In this document: piece by piece, positions 57,866-64,000 of the stretch
How positions within the stretch are numbered: the stretch's first letter is position 1
Layout: the number at the start of each line of letters is the position of its first letter
Assembly: GCA_038323715.1 (NCBI GenBank)
Contig: JBBQHF010000001.1
Location: 45,549-109,548, forward strand
Direction: 5' to 3'
DNA length: 64,000 nucleotides
DNA from: Patescibacteria group bacterium
GTDB taxonomy: Bacteria; Patescibacteriota; Patescibacteriia; Patescibacteriales; UBA12465
The notes under the pieces: generated by a model
What the model saw: the letters and a program-made list of their open reading frames with translations, nothing else
What the model was told of the DNA's origin: nothing
The model's database searches: none
Made by a program: the position numbers and the translations under genes

Positions 57866-59593
57866 ATGGTTAGTCCAAATTTAATTAGGCGCCAATCTGC
57901 GGAGGAGCCAGTAGAGATAAACAGTAATACTAAAAAACTCTTTCAGATTATTTATAGCGAAGGGGAAAAGAAAGAGGAGCAAGATAGTAATACCTCGGTT
58001 ATAAGGGTTTCGGCCCTTATTTCGCGTTTAGCATTTTTTTATGAAAAAGTAAGAAATGCGGTTGATTATGATGAAGACCATCTTTTGCGTAAAAATGCTA
58101 TTTCTAGAATATTACGCCGTCAAGTTGTAATTGAAGGAGTTATTAAAGATGTGGATAGTGAAAGGCTCTCTAATCATTTATTGGTTGAGCTTATTCGTGG
58201 TGGTTATTTGCCTAATAATAAAATTCCAGAAACTAAAATTCAAGAAGTCGCCGTGCTGCTGGAAAAATATATTCGTTTAAAAAATCAGGTAATTTTAAAA
58301 ATACATTCCTCGTTGGGTCTAAAGTCTGATATTTCTGAAACCAAAAATTTTTTAAATGAAAAAAATAATATTATTCGTTGGTTGTTAGATTTGGCCGCCT
58401 GTGAGATTGAAGACAACTTAGCGCCTAACAGGATTAAACAAGTTATTGTTAATAACATGTTTGACGTTCTTTCTGGCGATATTGCTTTGCCTAAAGAATT
58501 ACCTTATGAAAATGATTTAGAAATTCAAATCTATTTAAGCATTGGGCGTAAATTTTTAAAATTAGACGAGCAGATGTTAAGCTTTGTCTTATTTAAATAT
58601 TATAATGATGAGTGGCTCGAGATTGGCAAAAATTCTAATTTATCTAGTGAGGACGATGTTAAGCTTGGAGAAATTGCTGATAATATTAGAAATTTAAGAA
58701 ATACAATTAGCCAGCAACTAGTCCACCCTTTGAGTAAGCAATTAGATAAGGTTGTCCGACGTTATTCTTTATACTTTAACGTTTTAGCTGAAACAATAGA
58801 AGAAGACCCAAGCAAGGTTTACGGGGAAATTCAGAAAGGTCCAAAGGGGTTTTTAAATTTAATTAGAAAAACTTGCGAAAAGAAATACAATAAAGCTAAA
58901 TCAAGATTATGGCGTGCGGCGCTCAGAAGTATTATTTATATATTTTTAACCAAGTCTGTGTTTGTTTTTTTAATTGAAGTTCCGGCAATAAATTGGTTTC
59001 ACGAACCGCTTAACCCTTTATCATTAGCAATTAATGTTGCTTTTCCGGCCGTACTATTGTTTTTTATAGTTCTAATGACCCAGAGGCCAAAAGAAGATAA
59101 TACGAATAGTATTATTGAAGGCATTAAAGAGGTCTCCTTTTTAGGCAAGGGGAAGACTCAACCGTTAATGATTAGACCAAATAAAAAACGTAATTTTTTG
59201 GTTAGCTCTGTTTTTAATTTAATTTATTTTGCTTCTTTTTTGTTTTCTATTTATTTAATTATTAGGCTACTAACCTTTATCGGTTTCAATTGGGTTAGCA
59301 TTATTATCTTCTTGTTCTTCTTGGCTTTTGTCAGTTTCTTTAGCATTATAGTTTCCCGTGGGGTTAAAGATTTGATGATTATTGAGCGCAAAGAAAATTT
59401 AGGCACTTTTGTGATTGACTTGTTTTATATGCCTATTATTTTAGTTGGGCGCTGGCTATCAAATAATATGTCTAGAGTAAATATTTTTATTTTTATTTTT
59501 GATTTCATTATTGAGGCTCCTTTTAAAATTTTAGTTGAGGTGGCCGAAGATTGGACAAAATATGTCCGTGAAAGAAGGGATAATATGGAATAA
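57866..59593 (+). CDS. Conserved hypothetical protein with C-terminal TM helices
   Basis: YEKVRNAVDY.EDHLLRK.AI.R motif; about 4-5 TMs; FDF.IEAPFK...E.W ending. Confidence 0.75.
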   Translation: MVSPNLIRRQSAEEPVEINSNTKKLFQIIYSEGEKKEEQDSNTSVIRVSALISRLAFFYEKVRNAVDYDEDHLLRKNAISRILRRQVVIEGVIKDVDSERLSNHLLVELIRGGYLPNNKIPETKIQEVAVLLEKYIRLKNQVILKIHSSLGLKSDISETKNFLNEKNNIIRWLLDLAACEIEDNLAPNRIKQVIVNNMFDVLSGDIALPKELPYENDLEIQIYLSIGRKFLKLDEQMLSFVLFKYYNDEWLEIGKNSNLSSEDDVKLGEIADNIRNLRNTISQQLVHPLSKQLDKVVRRYSLYFNVLAETIEEDPSKVYGEIQKGPKGFLNLIRKTCEKKYNKAKSRLWRAALRSIIYIFLTKSVFVFLIEVPAINWFHEPLNPLSLAINVAFPAVLLFFIVLMTQRPKEDNTNSIIEGIKEVSFLGKGKTQPLMIRPNKKRNFLVSSVFNLIYFASFLFSIYLIIRLLTFIGFNWVSIIIFLFFLAFVSFFSIIVSRGVKDLMIIERKENLGTFVIDLFYMPIILVGRWLSNNMSRVNIFIFIFDFIIEAPFKILVEVAEDWTKYVRERRDNME

Positions 59594-59595
59594 CT

Positions 59596-60285
59596 ATGGG
59601 ATTCTTAAAAGTTGTTGGAACGCCAATAGGCAATTTAGAAGATATAAGTTTAAGGGCTCTGAGAACTTTCAAGGAGGCAGATTTTGTTTTGTGTGAAGAC
59701 ACTAGGGTTACCAGAAAGTTGCTTGATCACTATGAAATAAAAACACCTACTATTTCCTACCATCAACACTCGGGTGATTTAAAGGTTGATAAAATAATTT
59801 CTCTTTTAAGGGACGGAAAGGATTTGGCGCTAGTAACTGATGCCGGCACTCCGGGGATTTCTGACCCAGGCGGGAAGCTAGTATCTATCGTGAGAAAAGA
59901 ATTTTCGGATGAGAGCGTTATCATAGAAAGTATTCCCGGGCCCGCCGCTTTAACAACCGCTGTTTCTATCGCGGGGGCGGGTTTTGATAGATTTTTATTT
60001 TTAGGATTTTTACCACATAAAAAAGGGAGACAAACAATGTTAAAAGAAATAATGGCTAGCAAATATCCGGTTATTGTATATGAATCAAAACATCGCGCCG
60101 TAAAATTAATTGAAGAAATCATTGAATTGGAAAAAAGTTTAAAAATAAAAAAAGAATTAATTGTCGCCAGAGAATTAACGAAAATGTTTGAAAGTATGTA
60201 TTTCGGAGAAGCGCAGGGAATTCTGGAAAAATTAAATTCAGATAACAATAATTTAAAAGGAGAGTTTGTTGTTTTAATAAAATAG
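59596..60285 (+). CDS. rsmI: 16S rRNA Cm1402 2'-O-methyltransferase
   Basis: TPIGNLEDIS.RA, CEDTR, DAGTPGISDPG, RELTK, KGEFV. Confidence 0.96.
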   Translation: MGFLKVVGTPIGNLEDISLRALRTFKEADFVLCEDTRVTRKLLDHYEIKTPTISYHQHSGDLKVDKIISLLRDGKDLALVTDAGTPGISDPGGKLVSIVRKEFSDESVIIESIPGPAALTTAVSIAGAGFDRFLFLGFLPHKKGRQTMLKEIMASKYPVIVYESKHRAVKLIEEIIELEKSLKIKKELIVARELTKMFESMYFGEAQGILEKLNSDNNNLKGEFVVLIK

Positions 60286-60297
60286 AAAAAGAGAAAT

Positions 60298-61740
60298 ATG
60301 GAGAATAAAAACTTTTATTTAACTACCACCTTGCCATACATAAATTCCGAGCCGCACATTGGTTTTGCGGCCGAAATAATTAAGGCGGATGTCATTGCTA
60401 GGTATAATAGACAATTAGGCAATAATGTTTTTTTTAACACGGGGACGGATGAGCATGGTTTAAAAATTTACACGAAAGCCAAGTCTCTAAATTTGGATGT
60501 TCAAGAATATTGTGATATCTATTCGGCCAAGTTTAGCCCTTTAAAGGAGGCGCTTAATTTGAGTTATGATAAATTTATTAGAACGACCGAAAAACACCAT
60601 CTGATGGCCGCCCAGGAGTTTTGGCGTCGTTGTGAGGCGAGCGGAGATATTTATAAGAAAAATTATCAAGTTAAATATTGCGTTGGTTGTGAAATGGAAA
60701 AAACTGATTCCGATTTGGAAAATGGACGTTGTCCATTCCATCCTAAGATGGACTTAGAAATAATTGACGAAGAAAATTATTTTTTTCGTTTTTCTAAATA
60801 TCAAGATAAACTATTGGATTTGTATAAAGCTAATTCTAAATTTGTTTTGCCCGCTGGAAGGCTAAAAGAAATAAGCACTTTTGTTGCTTCCGGTTTACAA
60901 GATTTTAGTATTTCGCGTCAAAAAGAAAAAATGCCCCATGGGGTTCCTGTTCCGGGAGATGAAAGCCAGGTGATGTATGTTTGGTTTGATGCTTTAGTTA
61001 ATTATATTTCTACGCTTGGTTGGCCAGAGAATGAAATCAATTTTAAAGATTTTTGGCCTGGTTTACAAGTATGCGGCAAAGATAACTTACGCCCTCAAGC
61101 GGCGATGTGGCAAGCGATGCTGATGTCGGCCGGTTTGCCAAATTCTAATCAGGTTTTAGTCTTTGGATTTTTAACAGTGAACGGAGAAAAAATAAGTAAA
61201 AGTTCAGGCAATTCCGTTGATCCCTTTGAATTATCAGAAAAATATGGCAGTGATGCAGTCAGATATTACCTTTTGGCTGAGATGTCTCCTTTTGAAGACG
61301 GAGATTATTCAGAGGATAAATTCCGTTTGAGATATAACGCTGATTTAGCAAATGGTTTAGGTAATTTAGCGGCGAGAGTTTCTAATTTGTTAGAAAAAAA
61401 CGAAATTGTGACTGATTTATCGGTCAACCTTGAGGTTGATAATATTAAAAAAGAGGTGGTTGCTTTTCGCGAAATAATGGCAGAATATAAATTTAATGAA
61501 GCTTTGCAAATCATTTGGGAAAAAATAAAAGAGATTGATGAAATACTTAGTCGTGAAGCTCCTTGGAAAATGACCGACAAAGCACAAATAGCCAAAATTT
61601 TAGAGCCTTTAGCTCAAAATATATTAAACCTAGCTTATTTACTTGAGCCCTTTATTCCTCTGTCTGCTCAAAAAATTGAAACCCAATTTTTAGCCAGTCA
61701 GGTTAAAAAAGGATCAATCTTATTCCCTAGGCTAACTTAA
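60298..61740 (+). CDS. metG: Methionine--tRNA ligase (short form)
   Basis: TT.PY.N..PHIG, TGTDEHG, CxxCE, YVWFDAL.NY, KISKS. Confidence 0.96.
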   Translation: MENKNFYLTTTLPYINSEPHIGFAAEIIKADVIARYNRQLGNNVFFNTGTDEHGLKIYTKAKSLNLDVQEYCDIYSAKFSPLKEALNLSYDKFIRTTEKHHLMAAQEFWRRCEASGDIYKKNYQVKYCVGCEMEKTDSDLENGRCPFHPKMDLEIIDEENYFFRFSKYQDKLLDLYKANSKFVLPAGRLKEISTFVASGLQDFSISRQKEKMPHGVPVPGDESQVMYVWFDALVNYISTLGWPENEINFKDFWPGLQVCGKDNLRPQAAMWQAMLMSAGLPNSNQVLVFGFLTVNGEKISKSSGNSVDPFELSEKYGSDAVRYYLLAEMSPFEDGDYSEDKFRLRYNADLANGLGNLAARVSNLLEKNEIVTDLSVNLEVDNIKKEVVAFREIMAEYKFNEALQIIWEKIKEIDEILSREAPWKMTDKAQIAKILEPLAQNILNLAYLLEPFIPLSAQKIETQFLASQVKKGSILFPRLT

Positions 61741-61745
61741 AAAAT

Positions 61746-62267
61746 ATGTCAATTTTTGACTTAGTTTTAGCAATCATCTTAGTTATTACTACTTTTGGAG
61801 GCTTGAGAAAAGGTTTAATCCGTTCTCTGGGCCATATTGTCGGCTTAATAATCGGTGCTTATGTCGCCAGTCATTTTTATAAGATTTTTCTGGAGTGGGG
61901 AAGTTCTTGGACTTGGGTAGCGGAACATCAGGCCGTGAGTAATATTTTAGCTTTTATAATTTTATTTATAGTGGCTACGCAGGCGATTAATTTAATTTTC
62001 TTTCTAATTGAAAAATTATTTAATCTACTAGCTTTTATACCGGGTAGTAAATATATTAATAATATTTTGGGCGCCGTCTTAGGATTATTAGAAGGCGCTT
62101 TGTTTCTTGGTTTGATTATTTTTGTTGCCTCGCGTTACGCTATTATCGGTAATTTTTTTGGCAATAATATCGCTAATTCTCTTATCGCCCCCTGGCTTTT
62201 AAAGGTGGTAAATATTGTTTTGCCGATTCTCCCTGAAGCGCTTAAAGGCCTAACGTCTATTATCTAA
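61746..62267 (+). CDS. cvpA: CvpA family membrane protein
   Basis: D..L..........GL..GLI, N.ILG...G..EG, S.I.P pattern with four TMs. Confidence 0.8.
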   Translation: MSIFDLVLAIILVITTFGGLRKGLIRSLGHIVGLIIGAYVASHFYKIFLEWGSSWTWVAEHQAVSNILAFIILFIVATQAINLIFFLIEKLFNLLAFIPGSKYINNILGAVLGLLEGALFLGLIIFVASRYAIIGNFFGNNIANSLIAPWLLKVVNIVLPILPEALKGLTSII

Positions 62268-62274
62268 AATATCA

Positions 62275-62877
62275 ATGATTTACTTACATAAAAAAATATC
62301 GGATTTTAAATCTTCCGATTTTGGTTTGATTTCGGTTTACCTACATGCTGGGAAAGTAGTCGTTTTACCGACTGATACTATTTATGGTTTGAGTTGTTTA
62401 GCGCTGGACAAAGAGGCGGTAAAAAATATTTTTCGTTTAAAGAAACGGGACACAAACAAACCGATGATTACTCTGATTTCTAGCCTGGCGATGGCCAAGC
62501 GCTATGCTTATATTGAAAAGGCCCAAGAAAAAACTTTAAATAATTTGTGGTTTTTAAATCCCAGACCGACTACGGTAATTTTAAAGGCAAAAAATAATTT
62601 ACCTAAAGAATTAGTAAGTAAAACGGGAGGAGTTTCTTTGCGTTTGCCTAAATCGGATTTTTTAATTAAAATAATAAAGAAAGTGAAGGCGCCAATTATC
62701 TCCACAAGTTTGAACTTGAGTGGCGCAAGTCCTGTGAATAATGTTAACGACTTGAATCTAATCTTTCCCGGAAAAAATAAACCAGATTTAATTATTAATA
62801 TTGGAAAAGCAAAAAGAAAAATCCCCTCACGTTTAGTCGACTTAAGGGATGGTGATTTAAAAATTATTAGAAAATAA
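62275..62877 (+). CDS. tsaC: L-threonylcarbamoyladenylate synthase (TsaC/Sua5 N-domain)
   Basis: PTDTIYGL, K.R...KP, R.P, STSLN.SG. Confidence 0.93.
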   Translation: MIYLHKKISDFKSSDFGLISVYLHAGKVVVLPTDTIYGLSCLALDKEAVKNIFRLKKRDTNKPMITLISSLAMAKRYAYIEKAQEKTLNNLWFLNPRPTTVILKAKNNLPKELVSKTGGVSLRLPKSDFLIKIIKKVKAPIISTSLNLSGASPVNNVNDLNLIFPGKNKPDLIINIGKAKRKIPSRLVDLRDGDLKIIRK

Positions 62878-62878
62878 T

Positions 62879-64000
62879 ATGATAAGAAGTAAATATAAGA
62901 AAGGCGCTGTTATTACTGCCGCAATTTTAATGATTGGTGGCATATTTTCTCTGGGCTTCTATTTTGGTAATTCGGGATTAAGTAATAATCAAAAAAAGAT
63001 AATTGCTTATTCTCAAGAGGCTAAAAATGCCACCGTTGATGGAACCGATGATTCTTTTGATTTTAATTTGTATTTTGAAGTATGGGACAGTTTAAAAACA
63101 AATTATGTTGATAAGAATAAATTAAAGGATAAAGATCTTTTTTATGGTTCTTTGGAGGGAATGGCGGCGGCGACAAAGGACCCATATACAGTCTTTATGA
63201 GCCCAACGCTCACAAAAGAATTTTATGATGATTTGTCTGGAACTTTTGAAGGGATAGGCGCGGAAATAGGAATGCGAGATGAAATGGTTACCGTAATTGC
63301 CCCGCTTGATGGTATGCCTGCTCAAAAGGCTGGTTTACGTTCAGGAGATAGAATATACGCTATTAATGGCGAATCGGCCTTGGGGATGACTGTTAACGGT
63401 GCAGTTAAAAAAATTAGGGGACCAAAGGGAACCGAGGTAGTTTTGACTGTTATTAGAGGAGAGGCAAAGCCAATGGACATTAAAATTGTCAGAGATAAAA
63501 TTTTTGTTGCCAGTGTTAAAACGGAAATGCGTTCCGATGGTCTTTATGTTATCAAAGTGAGCAGTTTTAATGAAGACACCACCCAACTATTTAATAAAGC
63601 GGTTGAAGATATCTTAGTCAAAAAACCAAAGGGAATTATTTTGGACTTAAGAAATAACCCGGGCGGTTATTTGGATGCGGCCGTTGAATTAGCTAGTGAG
63701 TGGGTGGAGGCTGGGCCGATTGTTGCCGAACAGTTTGGCGAAAATCGTCGCTCCGAACATGCTTCTAATGGAAAGGCAAGGTTGAAAGACTTTAAAACTG
63801 TTGTTTTAATTAATGAGGGGAGCGCTTCGGCTTCCGAAATTCTAGCAGGCGCTTTAAGGGATTATAAGAAAGCCACTCTTATGGGCGCTCAAAGCTTTGG
63901 CAAAGGCTCGGTTCAAACTGTCCAAGATTTGAGTGATGGTTCATCACTTAAAGTTACGATTGCCAAATGGCTAACTCCGGCTGGAGATTTTATTAACGAT
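62879..64000 (+). CDS. ctpA: S41 carboxyl-terminal processing peptidase, truncated by the window end and absent from the ORF track
   Basis: Manual translation from ATG 62879: TM, DPYT, FEGIGAEIG (PDZ), LDLRNNPGG, SASASEI, FGKGSVQ. Confidence 0.93.
   Translation, partial: MIRSKYKKGAVITAAILMIGGIFSLGFYFGNSGLSNNQKKIIAYSQEAKNATVDGTDDSFDFNLYFEVWDSLKTNYVDKNKLKDKDLFYGSLEGMAAATKDPYTVFMSPTLTKEFYDDLSGTFEGIGAEIGMRDEMVTVIAPLDGMPAQKAGLRSGDRIYAINGESALGMTVNGAVKKIRGPKGTEVVLTVIRGEAKPMDIKIVRDKIFVASVKTEMRSDGLYVIKVSSFNEDTTQLFNKAVEDILVKKPKGIILDLRNNPGGYLDAAVELASEWVEAGPIVAEQFGENRRSEHASNGKARLKDFKTVVLINEGSASASEILAGALRDYKKATLMGAQSFGKGSVQTVQDLSDGSSLKVTIAKWLTPAGDFIND

Noticed and set aside
1636-63586. Many short ORFs overlapping long genes, antisense or out of frame (e.g. 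2233-2511, 19075-19440, 56324-56710, 59763-60248, 63122-63586)
   Set aside because: They lie within well-identified genes, have no recognisable motifs and are best explained as shadow ORFs.
1-64000. CRISPR array, transposase, integrase, prophage or rRNA
   Set aside because: No regularly spaced direct repeats, recombinase or transposase motifs, phage structural genes or rRNA-like sequence were seen.

Overview
AT-rich, gene-dense 64 kb bacterial chromosome segment in standard code 11 (TGA is used as stop, e.g. at 6430 and 15091). Gene content and style point, by inference, to a Patescibacteria/CPR genome of Parcubacteria/ABY1 type: DUF4012, Gmad2 and sigma4-HTH proteins, truncated pyruvate kinase, minimal dcw cluster and no Shine-Dalgarno motifs. 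Most of the window is housekeeping: translation and tRNA modification, division and cell wall, rhamnose/glycosyltransferases, lower glycolysis, Fe-S assembly and secE-nusG-rplK-rplA. Two genes missing from the ORF track were added: secE (56794-56973) and a truncated S41 peptidase (62879 to the end). No rRNA, tRNA, CRISPR array or transposase was seen. The most notable items are: (1) a carnosine-synthase-like + Ddl-like double ATP-grasp fusion paired with a Fem-like GNAT; (2) an intact [FeFe]-hydrogenase with a minimal NuoF-like partner, in an apparent operon with gap; (3) self-contained orphan-gene islets with consensus promoters, two sharing a bipartite leader motif, plus boxA-like motifs in some accessory leaders; (4) unexplained structured RNAs at ~2670-2813, in the iscS leader and in the RRM leader; (5) a TGT lacking its zinc ligands. 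All family assignments come from motif recognition only; no searches were run.
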